64,000 nucleotides of DNA from Calcarisporiella thermophila CBS 279.70 (GCF_041956535.1 NW_027192191.1:371267-435266); one strand, 5' to 3'; counted from the stretch's first letter, positions 40,297 to 52,844 are shown. The notes: generated by a model from the sequence alone, not told the origin. Program-made: numbers and translations.

Positions 40297-40771
40297 TATA
40301 TTGATATCCTTGTGACCCTTTATTTTCACTCTACCAAAATAAAACTCTCGCAAGTACTACAATAAAGATATAAATGCCGCAACTATATCTTTTTTTTTTC
40401 TATTTTTCAATATTCACATATCTATTGAAACTCTGTTTACTCTACTGAAATTATCAAAATAATTACCATTTTATGGTCTTATATGGATGATTCTTCTTCT
40501 ATTTATCGTGCTTTTTTACCAAGGATTCTACCATGGTTTTTACTGCATTTCATTGAAATAAAAATTGATCATTTGGTTTTAGTTTTGATTCAAAGACATA
40601 ACAAGTCACATCAATTATATTAATATTGATGCCGAATAAGATTATCTTTGATAAATTGTGACTTAGGGTGACTGCAAAAATATTTTTTAAATACTGAAAA
40701 CAAAAACTCAACTAGTTGCAATTTTCATCCTCTCATTGCTAAGTATACTAGATTAGACAATCGATAAAATT

Positions 40772-42891
40772 ATGAGTGGCGACAACAACGAAATTCAAGC
40801 ACAAAGTGCTCCTAATCTGCAAAAGGATCCAGTAACCGGCGAGATGATCTCCAAGACGTATGCTTTTCTTGGACATTTTCCTTTGATGTAGATCGACTAA
40901 TAATACACTATATAATATTTAGTGAATTCAAGCGCCGTCAAAAGCTCCGGGAAAAGGAAAAGAAGAAGGTATTTTTCTTTAATCTCTTTGCAATTGATTT
41001 CAATTTGGCATCAATAGGCAATGTAATTTTAGGCAGAGGCTGCTGAAGCTGCTGCGGTTCAAGGTCAAACCCGTAACAATAATGAAGAAGAAGGCGAAGA
41101 AACTCTTAACCCAAATGTAAATTCCTTCATATGCAACATTTTCATTTTTCTCTTTTTTTTACTAAATACTTCCAATTTATTATGTTCCTAGCAATATTTC
41201 GAATTACGCTCCAAGGCTGTTTTGAAGATGCGTCAGTCAAAGAACCCTGATCCTTATCCCCACAAGTTCCAAGTTAGCATCTCGTTGCCTGAATTTATTG
41301 CTAAGTACAAGGATATTCCCAAAGGAGAAAAGCTTGATGAAGAAGTAACTGTTGCTGGACGTATCCACAACAAGCGGTTACTTGGCCAGAAAATGCGTTT
41401 CTATGACTTGCACGCTGACGGCGTTAAAATCCAGATTGCCGCTATGGCACAGGATTCCGAAACCGATTTTATGGCCATTCACAATATTCTGCGTCGCGGT
41501 GATATTGTTGGTGTACGTGGATTGCCCGGTAAGACTAAGCCGAAGGACAAGGACGGCGAGCTCTCAATTTTCCCCAAGGATATTGTTTTGCTTTCCCCCT
41601 GCTTGCGTATGTTGCCTAAGGCACACTATGGCTTTAAGGATCAGGAGCAACGCTACCGTCAGCGCTACCTTGATTTGATTATGAACAACTATGTACGTGA
41701 TAAGTTTATTACTCGCTCACGCATCATTAACCACGTGCGTCAATTCCTTGATGAGCTTAATTTCATTGAGGTAGAGACTCCAATGATGAGCCAGATTGCT
41801 GGTGGAGCTACAGCGAAGCCATTCAAAACTCATCACAATGATCTAAATCTGGACATGTTTATGCGCATTGCACCAGAGCTGTATTTGAAGATGTTGATTG
41901 TTGGAGGAATGGACCGCGTTTATGAGATTGGACGCCAATTCCGTAATGAGTCTATCGACCTTACTCACAATCCTGAATTTACGACCTGCGAATTTTACAT
42001 GGCCTATGCCGATATGTACGACTTGATGGATATTACGGAGCGTATGATTTCTAGTATGGTCAAGAAGCTGACAGGCGGGTACCGCATCACCTATCATCCC
42101 GATGGGCCTACTGGCGAGGCTCTCGAAATCGACTTTACACCTCCATTCCGCCGCATTAATATGATCGAGGATCTGGAGAAGAAGTTGAATGTGAAGTTCC
42201 CGCCGGGCGACCAGTTACACACAGATGAGACCAACAAGTTCTTGTCGGATCTCTGTGACAAATTCAACGTGGAGTGTGGTGCCCCTCGGACAAATGCTCG
42301 GTTACTCGATAAGCTGGTTGGCGAATTCTTGGAAACTGATTGCGTGAACCCCGCTTTCATCTGTGGACATCCGCAGATGATGTCACCTCTCGCCAAGTAT
42401 CACCGCAGCTTGCCAGGATTGTGCGAACGATTTGAATTGTTTGTTGCAAGAAAGGAAGTCGTGAACGCATACACGGTAGACCATTTTACTTTTCTCATTC
42501 TCGCGCTCATTCTGACACATAGTATTCAATTTCTTAGGAGTTGAACGATCCATTTGATCAGCGTGAACGTTTTGAACAGCAGGCACGAGACAAGGCTGCA
42601 GGAGATGATGAGGCCCAAATGATCGATGAGACTTTCTGCACATCGCTCGAATACGGTTTGCCCCCTACTGGTGGATGGGGTATGGGTATTGATCGTATGA
42701 CCATGTTCTTGACGGTAAGATTTACATTTTTCATCTGCGGCTATCGGCCTAGACTCACTTTAAACTTGATACCCCTATCATAGGATTCCCACAATATCAA
42801 GGAGGTCTTGCTCTTCCCTGCTATGAAGCCAGAGGATAGCAACCCGGTTCGAGTTTCTCAAGCTGCCGGAAGTGATCTCTCAACCGCGTGA
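40772..42891 (+). CDS. KRS1: Cytosolic lysyl-tRNA synthetase (class II)
   Basis: YPHKF, OB fold, [59 protein letters not shown] and VLLFPAMKP. Five introns. Confidence 0.97.
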
Positions 42892-43124
42892 TAGAGTTTT
42901 TTTTTTACACAAAGAATGAGACGAATATTCTCGATAGTATTTGCCATATTAATGCTTTTGTCATAAACTGAGTTTGCTATAAAATAAAATAATGGAAGCT
43001 TTCAGAGCAATCGTATAAGGCAATGCATAATTTCAAGATAAAAAAAATCTTAATTTGAAAATTTTACGCGTTAGTTAATTTGGAATTTTTTTAACAAATA
43101 ACAATAATAATCCATAGAATCAGA

Positions 43125-44168
43125 ATGACCACATCAGATCCAGAAACACCTCTCGAATCACCTCTTCCAGCTACAACAGCTTCGATTGATACCGATTCTG
43201 CTTCTACGGTTCAGGAACAAGAAGAAGCAGAAAGAAAAGCCCAACAACGTCGCGAAAAAGAAGAGCGTGAACGTGAGGAAGAGGAACGCGATCCGGCGCT
43301 TAAGGCAAAGCGCGATTGGATCAAAAAAATTCGGCTCATGTTTTGTGTTCGCCCTGAATTTGAAGTGACAAAAAATATGATTTTTGAAGATGGCCGATTA
43401 AATCAAGAGTATATTCCTATAATATTTATAGATCTCCAAAGATTTGTAGAATTAACAGAATTTGAAATATGTAGTTACTTCCGGCCGCCAAAGGGTGCTC
43501 GCGAAGAGGCAGAACAGCCCAGGAAATGGACTTCTAAAGAGCGTGAGCTACTTATTCAGGGCATCGAAAAACATGGAATTGGAAACTTCAGAATGATTTC
43601 TGAAGAGCTCCTGCCTGCATGGGTATAGTTAATTATTGCGAAAAGCTTACTAATGGTAGTTCTGAATTGTTTAAGTATTCTGTTGTAGTCTGGCAATGAT
43701 CTCCGTGTTAAAACAATGCGCGTTATTGGCCGTCAGAATCTTCAGCTTTACAAGGGTTGGCGCGGTAGTGCCAGCGATATTGTAAAAGAATTTGAGCGCA
43801 ACAAGAAAATTGGTCTTGAAACAGGTCAATGGAAGCAAGGTGTGCTGGTATATGACGACGATGGCATAGTTTTAAAGAAAATCATGGAAACTGAAAGCCA
43901 GATGGCAGGAAGAAAAGGCCCTGCACCGCTGGAGGAAGAAGAGGAATTGCCGGAAGAAGAGGAATTGCCTGGAGAAATCGAAGAGGATGAGGAGATGGAG
44001 GAAGGCGTGGAAGTGGAAGAAATGGAGCAAGACGAAGGTGAAAATGGCGATGAAGAGGACGATGACTATGAAGAAGAAAAGGTATGTCGAAATAATTAGA
44101 ATAAATCAATTAGTGCGATATTAACTGCTCCTAAACTAAAGCTTGTACGAAAAAGACGGCGAGACTAG
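43125..44168 (+). CDS. Myb/SANT-like HTH protein, putative p1/p2-type accessory subunit of the MTA1c/AMT1 DNA 6mA methyltransferase complex
   Basis: Introns 43409-43474, 43623-43688 and 44082-44141. Core EDGRLNQDYF...WTSKERELLIQGIEKHGIGNF...DLRVKTMRVIGRQNLQLYKG. Acidic tail and final exon LVRKRRRD*. The gene model is secure; the functional call rests on recalled similarity. Confidence 0.7.
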
Positions 44169-44271
44169 GTTCGCAATCATATAGTTTAACTTTTATTATT
44201 CGACTCTACAAGTTTTATATATGCATTTTATTAAGTTTAAATAAAACCATCCCTCTTCTTGCTTTCTTGTC

Positions 44272-45529
44272 TCAGATTGAATATTCCGCTGCTGCCTTCT
44301 TCTTTACTTCTGACAACGTAGGGATTGATCTCATTGCTCCACTTTTGCTAACAGTCAATGCACCCGCGGCCATAGCTATCTTCAATGACTTCTCTACCAG
44401 CTCAAAGTATGTATCCTCGGATTTTTGCTCAACCTTTTCCCATTCGGTGGCCAAGCTTCCCACAAAATACCCCTACGTTATTATATGGATGGCGTGAACC
44501 AACAATAGTTTATACCGCATTAAAAATCAAATTACCACAAAAGCGTCGCCAGCGCATGTGGTGTCCACCGCTTGGACCTGAATAGCGGATAATCGGTATT
44601 CCCTTGCTGAGCTGGTTCTATTATATTTGAAGCGTGCGCATACCCCTTCTCCGCCAAGTGTTATTATAATACCAAGTAGGTTCGGAAACTTTTCAGCCAA
44701 TTCGCGCATAATAGTTTCGTAGTCGGACGTGGAAGAGGCGCCAGTTTGCGCATAAATATCACATGCCTCGTGCTCGTTTACAACAAGATAATGTATTTTA
44801 TCAAGGTGATAATTCCGAACAATATCGGGTGTGCAGGGCGCAGGATTGAAAACAATTGACCAGTTTCCTAAGAATATATTTAGCGTCTTGGAATAAACAT
44901 AAAAAAGTATAATTATTTACCAAGGTTAGCGGCTTCCTGAATAATTAAATCCACAGAATTGATCTCATTCTGAACTACTAGCCATTTACTTTCACTTCTC
45001 TTTTCATGAATGAATTTGTGGATATAGTCAAGGCTAATTTCCCTATTTACACCAGGGAATAGCACAATGGCATTATCTCGAGTTTCTTTGCTCAGCTGGA
45101 TAATAGCCCTACCAGTTTGACCTTCTGGTCTGTGTTCTGTCATTGATGTGTCGACCTGTGCTTTTTCAAGATCTTCGAGGATCCAGAGCCCGTCATTGCC
45201 CACGCATCCGGCAAGGAAGCATGCATTCGAGGCCTATGGGTAATAATGATCAGAAATATATTAAGAGTGACTATATGTAAAATATGATGAGTACCACTCC
45301 GAGAGCGTATGCTTGATTTGCGCCTATAATTACGCGTAGTCATTAGTTTATGAGAGAAATGCAGGCAAAAATCTAAGTGGCACGAGGAATAATTACCTTT
45401 GCCTCCAGGGCCAATACTCCTATTAGCGGAGGATATAGTCTGGCCCGACCTGACGATATGTGGGACTTCGTATACTTCGTCAATATTAATGGAACCAAAA
45501 CATAGAATGTAGGGTTTTCTGTAAGTCAT
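44272..45529 (-). CDS. RBK1: Ribokinase (PfkB family)
   Basis: GSINID, PGGKGANQA, VGNDG, TGRAIIQL, FNPAP, VNEHEA, ITLGGEG and DTTCAGDAFVG. Confidence 0.9.
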
Positions 45530-46422
45530 GTTTGGTAGGTCGAGAAATAGAAAAAGGATAGTTGGAATATAATTTGAGCTTCAAATTCCCAGCGGAAAAA
45601 ATAAGAAAAAATGGACTGGTTGTATTTTGAAATTTCAAATTGACCAAGCTTCTGCAGTAAAACCAATAAACGATATGGCGTTTGAGAACAATATTAGAAG
45701 TTCTAGAGAAGGTATATTTAATTAGCACTGTATTTTAAGCTATATACTAACTAGTATTGAAGCGGTCGATTTTGATTTTTTATCTTAAAACCCTGGAAAG
45801 GTTGAAATTCAATGTGCATCCCAACCACATACTACTATATATCATGATGAAACATAGCGATAGCAACTTTCAAGCTCAAGCTTAGATGAATATGACAATA
45901 CAAGTGGATAGCACTTCTCTTGAGCTTTACTCAGCAGTTATTCTCTTTATTCTCTAAGCTCTTCCAAAGCATTGTTTAAAAATCATACTCCGAAGAGAGT
46001 AAGCACTTACACTTTAAATGTGTTGGCGTCAACATATGCCCAACAAAATTCAGAGAGAAAAGTCGGGAATCTTGGTAGTAAACTGAAACAGACACTAGAT
46101 CAATAAAATAGCAGAAGCGCTAATATACTAGTGGTAGAACCTTACGTTCAGAAATCAGAAATGCAATCAATGATAATATGAAGATTATTATCATCGATCA
46201 TTTACTTAATATTAACAAGAAATATCAGTTTCTTCAGTCGATTTTTTGACTCATTATGGTTTCTATTCGAAGTTTTTTCATAAGTTTGAGATTGACTGAA
46301 TCATACAAATAAGAAAAAGCAGAAAACAAGGGTAGTATACAAAGAGCGGGGACAGATTAAAAAAAAAAAGAGTACATAAAACTGAAGTGATGGGTATAAC
46401 TGGTATATAATGAAAGGTGTAT

Positions 46423-47123
46423 CTAATAGAATCCATAAAAGAGATCCCTCTTGTGCTCATGTATAAATGCTTGCACTTCCTCGTCCTTAACAAGCACATC
46501 GTAGTCCAGGTGATAGAGGAGGGACCTTTCCATGGCACAGATTTCTTGAGGGGTGAACACATTATTTACCACGTATGACATAGAGCGGGTATTCATTGGC
46601 ATACATTTCCGGTTCTTCTTTCCGGTCCCAACCACATCCTCTTCGTTATTTGATCTTATCTTACAAGCTACTAGTACGCAGGCAGTAAATATTTTGTGAC
46701 AGAATCCTAACCAAAAATAAGAGGTGATTAATGACGGAACAATAGTAATCTTAGAGAAAGTTTATCAATACCATATTCTCCCACTACAATGTTTTCAGAC
46801 AGGCGCTTCTTTAAACGGTATACATAAATAAGTGCAATAATCATGGTATATGCATCAATTTCAGCCTTGCGAGTTACTCGCTCCATATAGAGCATGAACT
46901 CAGGGAGTACCCGCAAGGTTTTTTTGCTTGAATGGGATGGGCGAGGTACGAAAGCCGTGGCAACTTCCCAAATCGATTCACATGCAAAACCTAAGAGAAT
47001 TCAACATGAAGAGGATGAAGTTCATCCCGGTTGGAGATTGGGACAGAAATGAAGAGTACCTAATAAATAATCCGGCAGCTTCTTGGTAACGGAGCTATTG
47101 GGAGGATGTAGAGTACATGTCAT
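46423..47123 (-). CDS. Pcl/Pho80-like cyclin
   Basis: Cyclin box: IIALIYVYRLK...HKIFTACVLVACK...FTPQEICAMERSLLYHLDYDV. Two introns. Confidence 0.8.
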
Positions 47124-47455
47124 TCTAAAGACGATGCGAGCTTGATAAAAAAATTACAAGAGAGACAAACAACAAATAAATAAACAAGGGGGGCAAGTGA
47201 GGGCAAAGACCCCTATTTAAAATATCAACTCGGTATTCCTTTCCGGGTGGATACGAGGAACAAGGGGGACAAGAGTACACGTGAATGACATCCTCGAGGG
47301 GTGGAACTTTAATTTTTGGTAACAAGTCAAATGAACATGAGTCGTAGATTGAAGTTCGGTTGAGACATAACCGGAGTACAAATTAGTTGAGCCTTTTGTG
47401 ACTGCCTCTCTGATCGCATATTCTCCACTTTTCTAGTTCAAAATTCGTCCCCGCC

Positions 47456-49971
47456 ATGTCCGAGTCTTTCAAGGATTCACCCTATTCATTGGGATCTAAA
47501 ATTGCTGAGTGCTCGCTTGATGACAGTCATCACGAGGCATTGTTTAATCCTGACTTCGATTTCTCCCAGATTGAGAGCAATCAAAGAGGTGCAAAAACAC
47601 GGTCATTAAAGGTTTAAACCATGAAGAACTGTATACCGAGAGATTTTTACTAATATTCCGATTCGGCATTCTGAATCCTAGGACCAACTATTATATCCTA
47701 CTGAGGAGGACTACAGAATAATCAAGAATGACCTAGACCTTAGAATAAATGAGGGCCAAGGCGAATGCCTTTATGAGATCGGCATAGAAAGTAACATTTT
47801 ACTATATAAAGTTTTTGCGGGAGTGAATCTGTCTGTAAACTGATGCAAGGAGTTTATAGATAGCGGTGCATCTTTAAATCTCACGCCGCAACAACTTGAG
47901 CTTTGCATAGGGACTGTACGCGAGGCTGCTAAAAGGATTGACGCCGAGATCTCTGTACTTTGTGAGAAATTAATATTGACAGCGAGCATAAATAATGGCG
48001 AAGAGAAAAATGCACAAGGCAAAAGTGAGGCAAAAACTGCCCACATATTAGTGCGCAAAAGACCGAAATCAATGGAAGAATTACTTGAGGTGCGTGTTGC
48101 TGTCGTTGGAAATGTGGTATGTGTTAGATCCAAGTTGGTGAAGCTCTATTCTACGATTATCCTGCCATCTTACTCTAATTGTAATCTCTATTATTAGGAT
48201 GCTGGAAAGGTGTTATATATATTTTTTTCGATGGGTATGGTGTATTGATGTGCTAATGGATTTATTGTAGTCAACACTACTCGGAGTCTTGACAAAAGGC
48301 CTTCTCGATGATGGTCGTGGTAAAGCTCGGGTTAATCTATTCCGGTATGCAATTCTAGCAAGAATCAGTAGGCTTTTAACCATTTCCTTTTTGAGCATTT
48401 CTCTTTTCCACTCTACAGACATAAACATGAGTTTGAAAGTGGACGGACATCCTCTGTCGGAATGGAGATTATGGGTTTCACGGCTGATTCCAAGCTTATT
48501 CAAGGCGACCAAAGAAAATTGAGCTGGGATGACATATGCGTACAAGCAGCCAAAGTCCTTTCGTTCATTGACCTTGCTGGTCACGAGAAGTATTTGAGGG
48601 TCTCTATGAGATCATAAAGTTTGTAAGTGTTGGACGCGGTGTTTATAACAAACCCACTTTTTTCTGTAGACCACTGTTTTCGGAATGACTGGGTGTGCTC
48701 CTGACTTTGTGATGCTCATGGTTGGGGCTAATGCCGGTAAAAACCCATTTTCGCTGCCTAATGATTAATAGGATATTGAACCTTAATTACGCGTTTAAAT
48801 TTTTTTTTCCTCGAACTCTATCCGTTAAATTAGGTATAATCGGTATGGCAAAAGAGCATCTTGGTCTCGCCCTTGCGCTTTCCGTACCCGTCTATGTTGT
48901 GATCACAAAGATTGATATGTGTCCATTGAATGTGCTCGAAAACACGATAAAACAACTCACAAAATTGCTCAAGAGCCCCGGATGCCGGAAGATTCCTATT
49001 TTCATCAAATCCTTAGAAGACGTCGTTCTCACCGCAGTAAGTTGTGTGCTCACCTTTTCATTACGCTATGTTCTCTGATTTGAACTTTCATTCAGCAAAA
49101 TTTCAAGTCGGAGAGGCTCTGCCCCATATTCCAAGTATCGAATGTTACCGGCGAAGTACATTCGTGTATTAACCCGTAGCGTTTCTTCTTAGCTGACATT
49201 AATATTATCTAGGGTCTAGATTTACTGAAGTCATTTCTAAATATCCTTCCAGCGAATGGCCACTATGATATCAGCCAGCCAGTTGAATTTCAGATTACTG
49301 ACACATTTTCTGTTCCATTTGTTGGGACCGTCGTTAGTGGAGTGCTGATGACTGGTAAATTCAATTCAGCCGCAACTCACTCGAGCAACTAAATTTTGAC
49401 CAGGTGTTTGCTATATGTAAAGGCGTGGTTCATGTAGGCGACCATCTTCTGATTGGCCCAGACTCTCTCGGCCATTTCCAAATTACTACTGTGAAGAGCA
49501 TCCAACGGAAACGCGTTAATGTCCCTTTGGTAAATGCAGGGCAAAGCGCGAGCTTTGCGCTCAAAAGAATTCGGAGAAGTGCAATAAGGAAAGGCATGGT
49601 GATGCTGAGCAAAACAGAGACACCGCCCAAAGGTAGATTTTTACCCCCTCTATTAGCTCGAATTCACGAATGATATTTTACTTTTTTTTCCTTTGTGTCA
49701 TCTAGCGGTTCAGGAATTCGAGGCAGAAATTCTAGTGCTTTATCACTCAAGCACGATAAATCAACGATACCAGGCTATGTTGCATTGTGGTACAGTGCGT
49801 CAAACAGTATCCATTGTTAGCCTGGGAGGTCGTAGTGTTCTAAGAACAGGTGACCGCGCGACGGTTACATTTCGATTCTTGAAAACTCCCGAGTATATAA
49901 AAGTTGGAAGCAAATTAATATTTCGGGAAGGGCGCACAAAAGGGGTAGGCAAAGTATCTAAATTGCTGTAA
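47456..49971 (+). CDS. GTPBP1: GTP-binding protein 1 (GTPBP1/2 translational GTPase)
   Basis: [55 protein letters not shown] and [10 protein letters not shown]. Confidence 0.93.
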
Positions 49972-50545
49972 GAAGAACTGAATACACTATAACAAATGTA
50001 GCTGGCATGATTTTTTAGAGCCCTAGCTTGTATAAATGCTAATTCTGTATATTTATTTGTAGCTTTACATAGTATTCTTATTCAATTTAACATAATCTAT
50101 TTTATATTCTACAAGCTAATGCCATTTCCTCAAAGTGTCTACACAATTTTGAAGATGTTACTTTTATGCTTCGATTTTTCGCTTCACTCTTAATCTCTTC
50201 TGTAAAACTTTATTATTAAGCCTACCCTTCTAAGCACCATACATTCTTGTGAATATATGAAACAAGAACGTTAAGCTCGCATATCATTGAAAATGGTGTG
50301 ACCCTAAGAACACATTAATACACACACTGCAGCTGTAATCATCCATTCTACCCAAAGGAAATCTATAGCGTGAAATATATCTGTAAATATAAAATAAAAG
50401 TTATATGAAATAAAAAATGTTTTCCAGTGGATATTCCCCCTGAAGTCCAAAAAATTAAGCAAATATCTTTGAAATACGAAATAACGACGACAAAGCTATT
50501 TACATAAAAAAAAAATGGTATAGACTAATAGCAAATATTCCGCCT

Positions 50546-51564
50546 TCATCTCCTTTTTGATTTTAGTGATTTTTTCGGGTTTTCCGCATAATATCTGATC
50601 CAGAAAACACTGCCATCCGTCTTAAGATGCTGATTTGCTCTAAGTACACACCCGTCCCTTGCCATCCTTCGGGCTATTTCTGTCAAATTTCGCGAGTCAT
50701 CCAGGCCCGAGTGCAGTTTTCCATTGAATTCTACATCCCACCGCTTCAGCATTCGAGGAATATTTCTCTCTTTGCATCCGTAGAAATCCGAGAAAAGTAA
50801 GCGCAAGTTGACAAAAGACTCCGAAAAATAGGTTGGGCGTGGTATGGAGGAGTGTTTGCATTGTTTGGTAATAAAGTCGCGAATATCCCATGGACCATCC
50901 GTAACAAATACAGCACGATTTTCCCGGAAGAGAGAGTGGCGAGCGAGAAAGTCCTGAAATTTGATAAGAACTTCAGGGAAGAGTGGGCTTTGGTCTACAG
51001 AACTCTTGAAAAAAGTAACAAAGAGAACCAGATAAGCATTATAGGTATATATAGGACAAAAATCCTAAGATTATTGATGGTAAATACCTGTTGAATTCCC
51101 GTTAGCTCAATACAAAATTCAGATAGTTTTGGATTCATGCTAGGCTTTACATAGGAGTGAAATTCCTCCACTATTGAGAATCCTTTTGCCTCCACCAATA
51201 TTACAGGAAATTCGATGATCTCATTTGGAAAGTCAAAACTACCCGTCTTTTCGCAAGTCGCTTCTACATCGAAAAACAAATAATAGTCGAATGGCTGCTT
51301 GGGGAATTGAGGAAACTCCTCAGAATGATCTGACGCATCTGACTCGATCGCTTTGATATTCTTGCTGTCTAGATCTGAAGTGGAGCCAAGGTGGGCTTTT
51401 GCATCAGGTAAACTCGATTGTGTTTCTTTTGAATTTTTTACGTGATTCCGTAAGCGTTTCTTGAGTGTTTGCTTTAACCCGCGTGAATCCAATCCAAGCT
51501 CAGCAAGACGCTCACGCAACTGATCTACAGTAAGAGAATTGATCGGGGATGGGGAGGTTGTCAT
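50546..51564 (-). CDS. ERI1: ERI1-like 3'-5' exoribonuclease with SAP domain
   Basis: SAP LTVDQLRERLAELGLDSRGLK; DEDDh motifs DVEATCE, EIIEFP, TDGPWD and HSGLDDSRN. One intron. Confidence 0.92.
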
Positions 51565-51818
51565 TGCTAAATTTATTGTGTATAATTCATTTAGTAGTTG
51601 AAACGATCTTTGTAGATGAAGCGGAGGCGAAATCTATTGATTGAGATATAAAATTTTAGGCCAACAAATTTGAAGCCAAATAAATAATCGAGATATATTA
51701 TTAGGCCAATTAAAAGACGTTTACTATTGTCAATTAAGATGGGAAAATATAAGCAGAATATATAAATTAAGAGCTTTTTGCCTCATTAATCCTTGGATAG
51801 CCTTTCAAAGGGTTCTGC

Positions 51819-52625
51819 TTAATAATGATAACCGCGAGCCTTGTGTCTCTTGTTGCGCATGTGTGGACGTTTGCCCTTATTCTTGTTTTTACCATTCCCC
51901 TTATTAGGCTTTCCGGGCTTTCCAGGCTTGCCGGGCTTTCCGGGCTTCTCTGGTTTGCCTGGTTTTTCAGGTTCACCGGGCTGGACGGGTCCGTCACCAT
52001 TTCCACTCACAGTGATAGTTTTGCGCTTGTTGAACAAATCTTTACCAGTGTTCTTGTTTCCATTGAACTCAGGGATAGTAGGTTTACCGGGCAGATTCGC
52101 GACAAGAAGTTCTTTGCCAGTGAGTTTTCCACCCTGCTTTCCTTCGATTTGAACATCCACACAATTCATATAGTACTCGCGGTTTCCTACAGCGTTTACC
52201 CAAGTCCATGCGAATACAGCCTTACCAGAAGGGGCATTGGCAGGGATTTTGATATTGTAGTTGCGCTGAAGTGGGCAAGTCTCCATCTCGTCCTGGATGA
52301 CGACAAAGGTTTTGGCATTATCATAAGAAAGTGCAAACTGACAGTGACCGCCTCCATGAGGAGCATTCCCACCAATCTTAATCGGAACAGTTTGTCCCGC
52401 TTTGTAGGTGCGCTCAGCAGGCCCTGCCTTAAATCCTCTGCAGGGATAAGTCGTTCCACCGAAACCGATGGGAGCATTCATGTCATAGTCTACTTCCCCT
52501 TTGCTTGACCAATATTTCGAGTGCTGGCTGTGGCGAGGTGGGGGGTCAACGAGCTCCATGTGGGCGGCAGCGAGCCCGGAGAAGGCTACCAAGGAGGTAG
52601 CGATAAGCAGTGTTTTAGCAAGCAT
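51819..52625 (-). CDS. Secreted lytic polysaccharide monooxygenase, AA11-like
   Basis: Signal peptide ending AAA exposes His1 (HMEL). Second His in APHGGGHCQFALSYD; FAWTWVNAVGNREYYMNC. Intronless, with a PGK-repeat linker and basic tail. Confidence 0.85.
   Translation of the reverse strand: MLAKTLLIATSLVAFSGLAAAHMELVDPPPRHSQHSKYWSSKGEVDYDMNAPIGFGGTTYPCRGFKAGPAERTYKAGQTVPIKIGGNAPHGGGHCQFALSYDNAKTFVVIQDEMETCPLQRNYNIKIPANAPSGKAVFAWTWVNAVGNREYYMNCVDVQIEGKQGGKLTGKELLVANLPGKPTIPEFNGNKNTGKDLFNKRKTITVSGNGDGPVQPGEPEKPGKPEKPGKPGKPGKPGKPNKGNGKNKNKGKRPHMRNKRHKARGYHY
51900..51980 (-). repeat. Coding 9-bp tandem repeat (PGE PEK PGK PEK PGK PGK PGK PGK PNK)
   Basis: Nine consecutive P-x-K/E tripeptides in the LPMO C-terminus. 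Confidence 0.9.
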
Positions 52626-52844
52626 TTTGATTGAAAGGATAACAGGTTAAATCGACTAGCGAAAAGTTAGCTCTAAAAAGTGTATAAAGAGAAGATAGAA
52701 GGGTGGGGAAGAGGGAATAGAAGGAGTTGGAATAGAGGCCTTGGCCGGCAAGGATGAAGTCAAGGAGAGGTTGGGGGGTAAAAATTTGGCGTAAAAGAAA
52801 ACCTTTGGCTAGAGGGGATGACTAGTTTTATACGTTTTTTTTCT

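Noticed and set aside
1-45529. Nucleoside transporter plus ribokinase as a salvage cluster
   Set aside because: They are about 43 kb apart with 13 unrelated genes between them.
45844-45927. ATGATGA (C box-like) and 9-bp inverted repeat AAGCTCAAG/CTTGAGCTT as a snoRNA
   Set aside because: No properly placed CTGA D box or H/ACA boxes; compatible with chance.
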